DNA of 64,000 nt from positions 156,054,001-156,118,000 of the forward strand of contig NC_090326.1 in NCBI RefSeq assembly GCF_035084215.1, in the 5' to 3' direction. The stretch is from Heptranchias perlo (lineage: Eukaryota). A model generated the notes under the pieces. It worked only from the letters and a program-made list of their open reading frames with translations, did not search any database and was not told the origin of the DNA. The position numbers and the translations under genes are program-made. Below, piece after piece: positions 23,721 to 37,257 of this stretch (position 1 is the first letter of the stretch; every line of letters starts with the position of its first letter).

Positions 23721-24504
23721 CTCCTTTTTCTTTCTCTTCTTTTTCTTCTTCTCTCAGCTCCCTGATACCTCTGTCCAATAACCATCCCTCACCTGTCAGC
23801 CCTGGCAATGAGTGTTAGCAGGCTCTTTCACCAGGGGTGCGTCACAGCCGAGCTATGTTCTCGTCTCTCCAAACACTGACACGCGTGCAACTGCCAGCAA
23901 AATATGGGTGGCTAGCGATCGAGAGAAGGGGTGCCCACTAATCAACTGACTGGTGGGGAGCTGGTCTGTGCTGCTTTATTGTTCTGTGTAATTTTTTTTG
24001 GTGTTGCTGTACAATATTTAGAGGATATTGCTAAAGGGACCAACGCATATGGTATTAGTGCTGTCTACCGTTCATTTGTAAAGTAGTGGAATAAAAATGG
24101 CTGTAGTTCAGCTTTGCCACCTCCATCGCGGGAACCTGCTATTTGTTGCTGTCGACCGTGATGTTTGCTGTCGGCCCAGAGGAATCCAGCTGAAAACTTG
24201 CCCGTAGGCTGTGTGCACCTTAGAAAGAGTAGGGCCAGTTGTGGTGGGCCTCAGGGACTCGACGCCTCAGGAGTTCTGATAAACTGCTGACATTTTTTTC
24301 TCTTGTGGCTTTATCAGGTTGTTTGGAGCCCTTGATGCGTTACTGTCTCGCAACACACCTTCAGCCTACGTGTTATCCTGCGTTCATTACACGAGAGAGA
24401 TAACTCTGATGGTAGAGGTGGAGTTCAGTAGTTTTCTAATTATTTTCTCGCCGTACTGTTAAAAGTTGGGACTGATAGTTCAACTTTCAGCCAGTGCACT
24501 CGAC

Positions 24505-24725
24505 AACAACAAATTGCATTTATATAGCGCCTTTAACGTGGTTAAAATATCTCAAAGCGCTTCACAGGAGCGATTACCAAACAAAATTTGACACTGAGCC
24601 ACATGACCGGACCGGGAGTCAATGTAGGCCAGCGAGCACAGGGGTGATGGGTGAACAGGACTTGGTGCGAGTTAGGACACGGGCAGCAGATTTTTGGATT
24701 AGCTGAAGTTTATGGAAGGTGGAAA
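24505..24725 (-). mobile_element. L2 LINE 3' fragment with internal deletion
   Basis: (CAA)n tail; KLQLIQKSAARVLTRTK. Confidence 0.75.
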
Positions 24726-25009
24726 GTTCATAATTGGTCTGGGAGAGATGGAGATTGGATCTAGCAGACCAGCTGACACCTTTACGCTGAAGGGCAGGAT
24801 TAAGTAAGGACTTCACAGTGTAAACATTGTGCTTCAATGTAGCGTAAGGATGTGGAACTCCCTTAATGGGCAAGAGGTGGTTGTTGGTACAAGTCGCAGG
24901 TTACTTCGATTTATTTTCCAATTTTCAAGGAGCAGCTCGTGTTGCTTCCTCTTCCACAGGTGTTAAATCCAAGTGGCATTTGTCACCTGTCCTACTTGCT
25001 TTCCCACTC

Positions 25010-25395
25010 ATCCCCCACCCATCATAAACTCCAGCTTGTCCATAATTCTGCTTCGTCGTGTGCTGCTCCACATTAAGTCGCGTTCACCCATCACCTCATC
25101 CTCGCTGATCTACACTTTTTAACCCTAACGCTGGCCCCAAAATGCTTTGAATTTAAAATCCCTGGCCTTGCCTTCAAATCTCTTGAGTCCTTCCTCAAAA
25201 CCGACCTCTGCAACCTACTCCAGCTCACAGTCCCTATCCTGGAATTCCCCTGTGGGAGCACACCGCAAGGACTACAGTGGTTCAAGGAGAAGGCCCACCA
25301 CCTCCTTCTCAGGGAAATTAGGGGGTGAGGCGATGGGCAATAACTGTGGCCATACCAGCGTCGCCCACATCCCGAAAATGATTTAAAAAAAAAAA
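25010..25395 (+). mobile_element. L2 fragment followed by a LINE family B tail
   Basis: CATAAACTCCAGCTTGTCC... then GGGCAATAA...CGCCCACATCCC and poly(A). Confidence 0.7.
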
Positions 25396-26759
25396 TGGCA
25401 TCCTTGCAGCAATTTAACAATCACTACACAATTTCCTGAGTGTGAAATTCATGAAAGAACATTTGCATCTGAGACATTCACTGTTAAATGTATTCCATCC
25501 AGTCACTGTTGATGAGATCACTTTATCAATTGTGTAATGTTAATTAACAGCAGTAATGGCACTGTATGATATTGTGCCCTTTTGCAGGGCAGAATCGGCA
25601 CTGTGCTTTAGCTGTCAGTAACGTGGCTAAGTAGCTCGCAAGCAAGCTGCCAAACTTTGTTTTTATTCATAAGGAGAACTGTGCAGTACAATGAACAAAT
25701 GGTGAAAAGGCACAACAATGTTGTGTTTCTTTTAAAATGTATCTTGTTTAGCTCTACACGCGGCGTCGAGTAACCACGCTGAGGAGGAAACTCCAACGTT
25801 GCATTTTAAGCAAGGGATACTTAAGTGTCATAACTGGGAGAGAATGGCTCCTGTGATTTGTGAGTGTGAACAGAAACTGCCAATTAAACTACAGTTTTAT
25901 AATTGCCCGGATTCATTATTCTCCTTATCTTAAAATCCAACTATGGAGACAGTGAGGGACTGCAAACAATTTTAGTAATAGTTAATTTTGAAGAACTGTA
26001 ATGCTTTGTTCGTCATGTGTCTGTAACAATGATTTAGTTTCTAGTGACTTGGAGGTGTGCTCCTCCATCTCGAAAGTATAATTAATCGTGTTGTTATCGA
26101 GCTGTGCCAGATGGTATGTGGAATACATCCTCAGTGATTGCCTCCACTGATTGACCCACCCAGCAATTGTGTGCTTCCCGTTACAATTTGTTTTTTTCAG
26201 CGCATATTTAATAGAAAACATGCGAGTAACTTTGTAGAATTGTTTCCACTGGAAATTATACTCATTTCATTTTGGACACTTGACAGCTTCAAGAGGGATG
26301 AGACTTTTATCTTCCCGTCTGGTGAGGGATTAAACTGTGGCCCTGGAGATGTTTGTGGGTTGACTCCACCACCCACTGTGCACCACCCACTGCCTGGGGA
26401 GATCGAATTTAAATCTTTCCCACTCAAATACCCTCCTGTTCCATATCGCCACCTGCTTGGACAGCCCCTACGTGTTTGTTACGAAACTCCAAAAATACTT
26501 CCAATCAGGAATGCCCAAGTCTATGCCTTGATGGGCCGTACAGGAACATACCATGGAGCAATAGGGGCGATGTTTGGAGTTTAAATCTATGTTGCATTCA
26601 TTTGCACATATCTTAATTCAGATTGTCAGAAAAGATTAGGGTAAAATTCCCATTTCTGTTGTGTTATTTACTTTGTTTAATTCAAATTATTGGATAGTTC
26701 TATTTTAATGCAAATAAGGAGTTGGAATCAGCGAGAGTATCTCCAGTTGTTGATATCAA

Positions 26760-27075
26760 CAGATAGAATCTTAGAAAGGTTACAGCACGGAAGGAGGCCA
26801 TTCGGCCTATCGAATCCATGCCAGCTCTCTGCAAGAGCAATCCAGCTAGTCCCACTCCCCCGCCCTATCCTCGTAGCCCTCCAATTTTTTTTCCTTTCAG
26901 TTCCCTTCTGAAGGCCGTGATTGAATCTGCCTCCACCACTCCCTCTGGCAGTGCATTCCAGATCCTAACTGCTCGCAGTGTAAAAAAGAAAGAGGTTTTC
27001 CTCATGTCACCTTTGGTTCTTTTACCAATCACCTTAAATCTATGTCCTCTGGTTCTTCATCCTTCTGCCAGTGGG
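26760..27075 (-). mobile_element. CR1 3' fragment
   Basis: Reverse complement of the CR1 3' region at 41480-41775. Confidence 0.82.
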
Positions 27076-27314
27076 ATTGTGGTGTTTTAATTAAGGATTT
27101 ATCCACCGCTGAGGGTACAATGCTAAAAATAGCCCTTTCCAAACCTCCAGACCCACAAAATTCTAAGCAGGACAAACTAGAAAATAGTCCCATTTGCGCT
27201 CATACTTACTGAGTTGTCTGAGCTTCAAGGGTTGGGTTGCCGGGGAGGGGGGTGGGGGCTGCATGTGGCCCTCAGGCTGCTGGTTGAACATCCATGAACG
27301 AGTCTACTTTTACC

Positions 27315-27850
27315 TATGTTGCTGTTTGTGGGACCTTGCTGTGCGCAAACTGGCTGCCCCATTTGGCTCAATTACAGCAGTGACTACAACAACAACTTGC
27401 ATTTCATATATTGCCTTTAACATCGAGAAAGATCCCAAGGTGCTTCACAGAAGCGTAACCATAATTCGCTAAAGGAGGAGAGGTTAGACTACACTTGGCA
27501 AAGTGCTTCAGGATGTTCTGAGGACATGAAAGGTGCTGTATAAAAGCAAGTTCTTTGGTTTTTAAAAAAAAATTATTCTTGGGATGTGGGCGTCGCTGGC
27601 AAGGCCGGCGTTTATTGCCCATCCCTGGTTGCCCAGGGAAGGTGATGGTGGATTTTCTTCTTGAACCGCTGCAGTCCGTGTGGTGAAGGTTCTCCCATAG
27701 TGCTGTTAGGTAGGGAGTTCCAGGATTTTGACCCAGCGACGATGAAGGGTCTGTTTGGAGGGAACTTTATATAACATCAGTCACTGCACTTCAAAAAAAA
27801 AAGTAATTAATCACGTGAAGTGCTTTGAGACGCTTTGACGTGAAAGGTGC
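27315..27850. mobile_element. Mosaic of DeuSINE, L2-tail and LINE-B tail fragments
   Basis: Recognisable short pieces of each family; LINE-B tail at about 27575-27745 (-). Confidence 0.65.
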
Positions 27851-28866
27851 ATTATAACTGAAGTACTTTTTTTTCCCTGGTTAACCTAAGTCCATGAGAG
27901 CAGAGGTAGATGTTGAAGCTGGCAGACCGGCAGACTCCAATTATTAGGCTGAACGCACTAATTTTTGCTCCCAGTGGAGCTGCAGGGTGCGATTGTTTCT
28001 GCAGTTGTTGTGCGCTGGTGGTGGGGTATCGTGTTACCGCACAGCCTGCCATTGGGTAGCCGTCCTGTGCAGCGATAGTTTGGCTCACGTTCGCCAGCGG
28101 TGCCACTTTCCCCTGTGGCTCCTTGAGCTTTTAATTGGGATGCACTGTAAAACCACAGTGCCAGTGTGTGAACCCACGCATTATCCAAGTTAAACCCGTG
28201 CCCTGTTTTGTTCTGTTTTTAAAACCGCCTCTTACATTTGTCTTGCTTCTCGGGGTCATGCCAATGCCCAGAAGATTTTTGTTTTTCCTCTTATTTGTCT
28301 TTAATTCCGTTTAACTTTGTGTTTGAGGGGGGTTTATTCTCGTTGAGTAATCTCAAAACTTCCCTCACTGGTACCCAGACACGTGAGATGCTGGGACCTA
28401 CCCGTGCAATGGGCTGTGCTCTCCTTCCAACCAACATTACACTACATTAACTTGCATTAGAAATTGTTTGTTTTAAAACGATCAATCAATTGTTCAAGCT
28501 CATTGAAGTCTCAGCATGTTCTCCATCCCCCTCCCTCCCCCATATGCTGCTACCATCTTCTGCTCCTCAACTGAACGGTATCTTATCAGAACGCCCAGGG
28601 CTAATGGAGTGTGTGCTTTCACTTTACATCTGCTGGGGTGTAAGATTCTTTAGTGTCTTTTATTGAGTTTTCAAACCAGTTTTGATACAACAAAATAAAC
28701 CTGTAGTTTATTCACAAATGTATTCTTGAGGAAAACAGTAATAATAGACATATATTTGAGCGTGTTGAATGTTTTACTTTTATTTCTAGATTGTTTTTTT
28801 TTATCTGTCCTTTCCTTGTACATTGAATTTTGGTGCTGGGTTGCACTGTGTTCAATACGAATGGGT

Positions 28867-29295
28867 CATTATTGTCCAATCCAGTTAGCCACAGACCCAC
28901 ATGTGGCTAATTGCGAATCCAGATGTGGCTAATTGCATTTCTGATTAGTAACGCAAAAAATTAGTATTAGACACAGTCGCTGGACATGTGACCTCAATCC
29001 TCTTTTTGGCATGGCGTATGCGTGTGAACTTTAACCTTTTTGTGTGTTTGTTGGTAATACGGTGAGACGAAAAGCAGAGAGTGCGAGTGTTTTCTTTTTG
29101 ATCATTGTGATTGCTTTAGTTCCTTGATTATTGAACAGTGGTTTATGTTAAGTACGTATACACGCCTGAAGTACATTTACCTGTATTGTGTGAGTGTGTG
29201 TGAGGCCTTTTCTACCGCAGTTAGTGCATGTGGTTAAAATGGTGTCGGCATAGCCACACCTGTGGCTGGTCAGGGGTTTCAGTTGGACAAGACAG
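28867..29295. mobile_element. hAT-Charlie-type MITE (MER3/MER33-like ends)
   Basis: Imperfect TIRs CATTATTGTCCAAT and GTTGGACAAGACAG; subterminal TAGCCAC...TGTGGCT motifs at both ends. Confidence 0.6.
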
Positions 29296-29849
29296 GACTA
29301 GATCACAGTGCCGTGATCACAGAGTTACATTGCGGTGACGTTTGGTGCAACTCTCCTCGGATTCTGTAGCTCTCACTTGTGCTGTTGGTTCTGCTCTGTT
29401 TCTACTTTGTGGTTTCCACAGCTAGTTTCTTTTGGCTGTATTTTCTCTTGTAAGTTTTTGGCTTGCTATCCCTTCTCCTGTTTGTTGTTTATGCTTATCT
29501 GTTTTTAATCATGTTTTAATTATTTTTCTTTATCTCCCGTATGATTTATTGAAGTCTGACTATGATACTCACTGCTATTTGGAGGTTGTTCGAGCCCTCT
29601 AGTTTCCCGACAACCCACCCCCCACCTTCCCAGACTATGTAAGGTACGGATCATCTATGATATATCACAAATATTGTGTATAGTACACTTCCTGAGCTGG
29701 GAGTTGCTATTCCTGACCCTGCATGGGTCTCAGCCTCTGCAGGAACGCACATGGGCCCCCCGTGGATTCCAGGCCTGGCAACCCCAAAAAGGACCGGTCC
29801 CCTTGTTTAGAGTTGGGGGGGAATGGGCTGGGCAACACCTTCCTCCCCC

Positions 29850-29880
<31 letters not shown>

Positions 29881-31169
29881 CAGGGGCAGCAGTCGGAGGT
29901 TCTGGGTGCATGGGGATGACGGGCGCCAAAGAAGTGATGTCGGCGTCATGCAAATGGGACAAACCCCCCCCCCCCCCTCAATGACCCTGCTAACTTCCAA
30001 TGGCGATTATTGTTAGAGGGCACCAGCAGTCACGACTCCAGCACAACCACGGGTCGCAGCCCAAGGAATCGCAGCGCCATAGTTTCCAAGAGTCATTGTC
30101 TTGAGTTCCCTGCTCAAGTACCATTCTGTCTTGGAGGGGCTTGCTCAAGGCAAGAGGCTTATCATTGCTGCTCTTTGGCTGCTAGGAATTGCATGAATTT
30201 GACTCCAGATGACTTGTGTGTGCGCTTGGGTGCGTTTATTTACGTGGATGTTTTTGTTAAGTTTCCAAATGTTGTGTCTCCATTCACCTGTAGATCTTCA
30301 CTGAGATATTGGGAACATCCAAGGATGTAGTTCCCATCTCCTTCTTCACCTGTCTCTTCACCGCCCCCCACCCCCTGCTTCCCCCGCTCCTCAGCTATGC
30401 TTATGCAGTAAAAGCCTGGGTTCCTTGATATAATCACAGACCTATAACCTTTAATGGGGATGAGAAACTAAAGCTATGAGGAGAGACTGGAGATACATCT
30501 CATCTATTTTATAGCATCGTAGAATTTTACAGCTCTGAAAGCCTTTCGGCTCATCACACCTGTGTCAGTTCTTAAAGAGCTATCCACTTGGTCTCATTAT
30601 CTGCATACATTCCCTGGATATTTTTATGCTTTTGGTTTTAAAGTGTATCTGTTGTGGACATGGGCTTTACACATTAAATTATGTAAATCAGGGATCGAGA
30701 ATATTGGAAGTCAATTGAAATGAAAATTGGGAGAGATTTATAACGGGCGGCTGATCCGATATCGCCCAAAGTCAAAGTTACCCCAATTGAAACAACTATG
30801 CCATTGTTTTGTACTTATTTCTTTCCATCAGGTTGTATTGAGTATATTAAAATAGAAACAGTCTCATTAGGATTGTATTCAATTTGCATGCTCTGTATTT
30901 TTGATTTTTTTTAAGCCATTTGAAATGTTTGTGGTGTCTTACAGGTATGTAATTTGCATTCTGTTAGTAAAGAGGATCAGTTTGTGTGAAACGTAATGGA
31001 GGGGACAGTAATAGAAACAAACTTTGGTTTGAAGACACGCCTGGTGGTTACCGAGGTGTCACAGGTCAGGGGGGTCATTATCTTGAGCTGTACATCAGGA
31101 AATACAAAATGGCACCTTGTGTCAATAGCTCTAAATATGTTTCGGAGAATAACGAATGATGCGTCTCAT

Positions 31170-31570
31170 CAGCTTGGCTCACAGGCACTCTTGCCTCTAG
31201 AGTCAGAAGATCTTGGGTTCAAGCCCCACTCCAGGGCCTGAGCATAAAATCTAGGCTGACGCTTCCGCACTCAAGCCGCTGCCTTTCAGATGCGACGTTA
31301 AACCAAGACGAGGCGTCTGCATGCTCGGGTGGATGTAAAAGATTCCTTGGTACTATCCGGAGAAGAGCTGGGTTGTTTTTTTCTGGTGCCCATTTATTCC
31401 TCAATCAACGTTATCAAAAACAGATTATTTAGTTGTTTGTAGGACCTTGCAGTCCGCTAATTGGCTGCCGCATTTGCCTACAGAATAACACTTCAAAAAA
31501 TAATTGGCTGTGAAGCACTTTGGGGTGTCCTGAGGACATGAAAGATGATATATCAATGCAAGTTCTTTCA
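31170..31570 (+). mobile_element. Degraded full-length DeuSINE
   Basis: B box GGTTCAAGCCC, body and tail. Confidence 0.8.
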
Positions 31571-32604
31571 CATTAAGTGAACATCAGTGTGACCCATTCA
31601 CATTAACCAGTGCTGGGAGACTGCAACACTGTTCAAAATTTGGTTTATTTATGCCGTTTTAATTTGTTTTTTTTTCTGGAGATGAGAAGGGAGGGTTGTG
31701 TATTCGCTCTTGGAATGTATAATAGTCAAACCAGTTTGTGACTTGAGGCCAGATGGTGTTTCAAGGAACAATCTGATGGCCACTTTAGTAAAATGCAATG
31801 TAAAAGCAGGAAAATTGGGTTGGATATACAGTAGTTTGTAGACTTGAGGGGAGTTAAAACACATTTGATACTTGGATTGTGCACCAGTGGAAATGTGTAA
31901 GGGTATCAGTGAGGAGTAAATAAACGCACAGACAAAGCAAGAAGAAAAAGCAAGACCACTTGCATAATCTGTAATTTCTAGAAAGATCGGGGCGATTTTT
32001 TTTTGAAAAAAAAAGGCGCTCCATTATTGGTGAGACCAATTTTAATATTTTTGTGTGGGGAGGGAAAGAGGCTCTGTTGGAAATGGCAGGATTCATGAGA
32101 CTCCAGAGCACAGTGCACTCTTGTCGGAGTGTGTTTCTGACTGACTGACTTCAACCACTCTCCAGGGTGTAAACTTACCAGCAGTGCGCGTAGTGTGTTT
32201 CAGAACAGCAGCCGTGTTATTTTTAAATTCCAGCAGGGAGGATGGGGGGAAACGTTTCTATATTTACAGTTGAGTTTGAAGCATTTCTCTGAGCTTACGA
32301 GTGAGATAATTATTGCTGGCGAGACACTAGTCGAGTCGGCGAAGAAAAATGAGGCGTTGAGCTGAGCTGTAAATACTTGTTTAAAATGCAAGTTTTATTG
32401 TTTAATACTGAGTGACTGGAATATTGGAATGCTGAGTTAGCGAGCGCCTCAGTTTGACAATAGTGAAACCACACGTTGTAGATTTGGTCGGTCAGGCTGC
32501 TCTGCCAGCCCAGTAGCAGCTTGTTTGTGGGGCACACACTTGGGGAGCAGTGAGTTCGTCATCTGATGGACAGGCAGAGATGGTTGACCATCTTTTGTAT
32601 AAAT

Positions 32605-33240
32605 GCATGCTTGGTTTCATGGGTCAGAACATTCAATACAGGAGTTGGGATGTCTTGTTGAAGTTGAACTTCAACATTAGTAAGGCCACACTTGGAATAC
32701 TGTGTACAGTTCTGGTCACCCTATTATAGAAAGGATATTATTATTAAACTAGAAAGAGTGCAGAAAAGATTTACTAGGATGCTACCGGGACTTGATGGTT
32801 TGACTTATAGGGAGAGGTTGGATAGACTGAGACTTTTTTCTCTGGAGAGTAGGAGGTTTAGGGATGATCTTATAGAAGTCTACAAAATAATGAGGGGCAT
32901 AGATAAGGTAGATAGTCAAAATCTTTTCCCAAAGGTAGGGGAGTCTATAACGAGGGGACATAGATTTAAGGTGAGAGGGGAGAGATACAAAAGGGTCCAG
33001 AGGGGCAATTTTTTCACTCAAAGGGTGGTGAGTGTCTGGAACGAGCTGCCAGAGGCAGTAGTAGAGGCGGGTACAATTTTGTCTTTTAAAAAGCATTTGG
33101 ACAGTTACATGGGTAAGATGGGTATAGAAGGATATGGGCCAAGTGCAGGTAACTGGGACTAGCTTAGTGGTATAAACTGGGCGACATGGACATGTTGGGC
33201 CGAAGGGCCTGTTTCCATGTTGTAAACTTCTATGACTCTA
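32605..33240 (+). mobile_element. CR1 3' fragment
   Basis: ORF 32692-33162 EYCVQFWSP...RGNFFTQRVV. Confidence 0.9.
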
Positions 33241-33469
33241 AATGTTTAACTTGATTAAAGTAGGTAGACCATAGAGGGTTTACATTAGTCTAGTTTCTCC
33301 CTTTAGTCACCATCGTTGCTGTTACTCTATAGCATAAACAATAGTGTGTGCGTGGTCCCAGATGGGTGAATATTCAGACTTGACACTTTGGGTTACATTT
33401 TATGCGTCCAAATAGCGAAAAATCTGTACGCGAGAGATGTAACCCAAAGAGAATCTGTCTAGTTGAAAG

Positions 33470-33990
33470 AAGTTCAGTTCAGGGCACCGGACCTCAGGAA
33501 GGACATATTGGCTTTGGAGGGGGTGCGGTGTTGATTCACCAGAATGATACCGGGGCTAAAAGGGTTAATTTATGAGGACTGGTTGCATTCCCTTGAGTAT
33601 AGAAAATTAAGGGGTGATCTAATTGAGGTGTTTCAGATGGTTAAAGGATTTGATAGGACAGATATAGAGAAACTATTTCCTCTGGTGGGGGAGTCCAGAA
33701 CAAGGGGGCATAACCTTAAAATTAGAGCTGGACCGTTCAGGGGTGATGTCAGGAAGCACTTCTTCACACACAGGGTGGTGGAAATCTGGAACTCTAGCCC
33801 CCCCTCTCACAAAGGTTGTTGAGGCTGGGGGTCAATTGAAAATTCCAAAACTGACATTGATAGATTTTTGTTAGGTAAGGGCTAAGGAACTGAGGCGGGT
33901 AGATAGAGTTAAAGATACAGATCAGTCATGATGTAATTGAATGGCGGAACAGGCTCAAGGGGCTGGATAGCCTACTATTGTTCCTATGTC
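33470..33990 (+). mobile_element. CR1 3' fragment
   Basis: ORF 33544-33822; same family as 16652-17100. Confidence 0.85.
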
Positions 33991-35296
33991 TTTATATTGT
34001 CATCCGTTCTGAAGCTGTGTGTGTGTGTGTATACGTACATACGTACACACATGCCTGCTTGTGAGTGATATATAATTTGGGTGGCTGTCGTAGAATCTTT
34101 TCCTTTTTGTATCATTGATGTTGTTTTAGCCCGAGTTTGTCACTTTGCACTGTGCATGGGCTGCGGAAATGTAAGCTTAACTGAAAGTCACCTAAAGGCA
34201 ACTATGGAGCCTAATCTAGAAAATAATTTGAGCTTTCAGAAAAACAATACCCTAAAGCCAATCATGGTGCAGGCTGTACAGTGGAGTACCTGTCATGGTC
34301 TTCTATTGAACTGTTGTGCCATCACCTCTTACTGAGACAGGCCTAATCGTTTCACAGACAAATTACTAGGGCAGGAGGTTCGCATTGACCATGCTTTGTT
34401 TATACAATGGAACTTTGATTATCTACACTTCCAATGTCTGTACTCTAGATTACCTGCCGGAATTTTCACCGGAGTCGGGGTTTTGGATTTTGGTGGGGGT
34501 GGGGGGATGCGGTCCGGATTTGTTCTTAATTTTTAAAAAAAGTTAATTAAATTAAAAGGCGATTTGGGGATTCTCAGTCTCCTGGCAAGTTCCATCATCC
34601 GTTGAGGAGGTTTTGTTGAGACTCCTGACTGGGAGCTGGCAGTGGTGGGACTTGGGTGAGGGTTAATATACTCTCCTGTGTCAGTCTATGCGATCCCATC
34701 CCTTATTTCCCAGTTCCTGCACCGTATGACCGGTATTTGTTAAGTCTTACCTGGCTAGTTAGAAACCAGCAATCATAAAAGGAAAGAAGCTAGCTTTCAA
34801 GTGGCCTGTGTGATTAACTTTGACAGGAAGAATCTGAGTTTCCTGTTTTTTTTTAAACTCCCGTGTTTCCTTCATTGTGCTTGATCCTGCACTCTAGGAA
34901 ACTGGGGAGGCCAGAGCAGTGGCAGTGCCTTCTCTGGGGTAGAAGCCCAGTGTTCGAAAGCCATGTGCCCCGTCCAGGCTTCTTTTTTTGGGGTGCCATA
35001 GAGTCTGCTCTCAAGTATGTTGGGTCGTGCAATTATTTTTGTTTGTGGAAATATGGCCAGGGGACCAGGAGTGTTTTTTTTCTCCCACACAGCTGACTTT
35101 AGCGAGTGTCCCAGCGAATATGGGGGCTTTAGATTCACATTACATAGCGTATAACAGAGCTGATCAATAAAGATTTGGGGATTAGTGCGGTGAAGATCAG
35201 AATCGTAATTTTTTTTTTCCCCTGCACTTTTTAGTTTAAAAGCTGTGTGTGTGTGTGTGCGCCCCCATTTACCTCTGCTTTTTAGATTATCCCTTG

Positions 35297-35625
35297 TATA
35301 GAATCATACAGCATAAAAGGAGGCCATTCAGCCCATCGTGCCTGTGCCGGCTCTTTGAAAGAGCTATCCAATTAGTCCCTGCGCTTTCCCCATAGCCCTG
35401 AGAATTTTTCTGTTTCAAGTATTTATCCAATTCCCTTTTTTTGAAAGTTATTATTGAATCTGCTTCCACCACCCTTTCAAGCAGTGCATTCCAGATCACA
35501 ACAACTCAGTGTTTTAAAGAAAAAAGTTCTCCTCATCTCCCCTCTGGTTCTTGTACCAATCACCTTAAATCGGTGTCCTCCTGCCAGTGGAAACAGTTTC
35601 TCCTTATTTACTCTATCAAAACCCC
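35297..35625 (-). mobile_element. CR1 3' fragment
   Basis: ORF 35287-35499 IWNALLERVVEADS. Confidence 0.85.
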
Positions 35626-36546
35626 TCGCATCAGGTCTCTCTTTTGGTTCTTAAGACAGAAATCTATATTTTGGTGTGTATGAGAACAGGACAGACCAGA
35701 TCGTCATCTCACTTTCTCCTTACTACATCAAAATCCAACTGCCCCCTTCCCACCACTGACCTAAAGAGAAGTTACTTTAAAATTCCATGTCTTGTTGAGA
35801 GAGGCTGGGTAGGTCTCACAGGTATTGCACCCTGTCACGTAGAATTGGGTTTGGGTTTAAAATTATTCTGAGTATCTGTGAAGCATTCCAAGAGATCTTG
35901 CGTTTCTCCTCCGCTCCCCTCTTTCCTTCTTGCAGGTCCAGCCCCCAATTTACCTCAGTGCCCTTGAGCTGGGGGCGGGGGGCGGGGGTGCAGAGGGAAT
36001 CTGCCAGGGTCTCTGTTCCCAATAGCTCCCCCAGTGAAAGGTCCCCAACCTCGATGGTTCTTTCATATGGTCTAAATGTCTAGTGATTGAGTGTCTTTAA
36101 GCAGGAGATTGGCATCCTGAAACAAGTAGAAGACTTGAAATACCTGGTGGATTTTTTTTTTGTGACTCTTTCCTCAATCAGACAGCCACGATCAGTCTAT
36201 TTCTCGACCTCTTTCCAGTTTGACGCCCTGACTGAGAATTGATGACGTGAGTTGGACTGAACGATTTAGATGACGGCCCAGTCCTTGGACTCTGGATAGT
36301 TGGAATGTGTAAATACTGAAGCTTTTATCGTACAATAACGTAACCGTCCCAGTGCACTCCGAGCGGGGCTCATGGCAGTCCACAGGAGGGATTCTTTTCC
36401 CTCTCATGAATTTTTGTTTGTGGCAGGAAAGTACCAGAAAGGGCAGCTGTCGAGCCTTTTCTCGGCTAAACAGTGTTTTGGTGTTAATTGGTGCCAGCCT
36501 TTGGATACGGCTGGGATTTTCTGAAAACAAGAGAGAGCAAATTATG

Positions 36547-36549
<3 letters not shown>

Positions 36550-36588
<39 letters not shown>
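36550..36588. repeat. (GT)n microsatellite
   Basis: Direct observation. Confidence 0.95.
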
Positions 36589-36590
<2 letters not shown>

Positions 36591-36711
36591 TAAAAAAAAA
36601 TTAAATTAAAAACAGCATTGTCTTATTTACGTTTTAAATCACATCTGTATGTAACGTCTGATAGATGGAAATGTTTAATGGTAATTGCACACTTCAATAG
36701 ATAGTCAATCT

Positions 36712-36840
36712 CTGGTATAGGTCATCGACCTGAAATGTAAACTCTTTCTTTCTCCACAGATGCTGCCTCACTTGCGAATATTTCCAACACTTTCTGTTTG
36801 TAGTTCTGATTTCCAGCATCCACAGTATCTTGCTTTTGAT
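36712..36840 (+). mobile_element. Penelope-like remnant Q2 (colinear body plus tail)
   Basis: AGGTCATCGACCTGAAA...CTCCACAGATGCTGCC...TTTCCAGCATC...TTGCTTTTG; same family as Q1 and Q3. Confidence 0.7.
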
Positions 36841-37257
36841 TTTGGTACTTTTTCCCTCTCCCTTATTCACTTGGATGTTAATCTCTCCCAGGAGGTTACA
36901 TGACTAGGGAGGGAGGTAGTGTTTAGTCAGGATGCTCCAACCATCACGAGGTGTGGGGCAGGCTTGATGGACCACCTGGTCCTTTCCTGCCCGTCAATTT
37001 CGTATATTAATAACCTGGTTTCTTCTTTAACGTAACTTTTTTTCTCGTCAATTTTCTCTCCTCTTCCCTCCCCCCACCCCCCCCCCAACTCCTGAAGTTA
37101 TTAACTCCTTCCTTGCTGATATTTAGTTCTGTAGCTGCCTGGTGTCCCTCTAGGGGTGCCCAAGTGCCCATTCCTCCCTCACCTGTGAGCTGGCCTTTTA
37201 AATGTATGGTGGAGCACAGGGGGAAGAGAGAAGAGGGAGGAAGGGAGGGGAGAGAGA

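Noticed and set aside
30832-30944. AG...GTATGT-bounded 113-nt candidate exon
   Set aside because: Stops in all three frames, AT-rich intron-like composition, no other support
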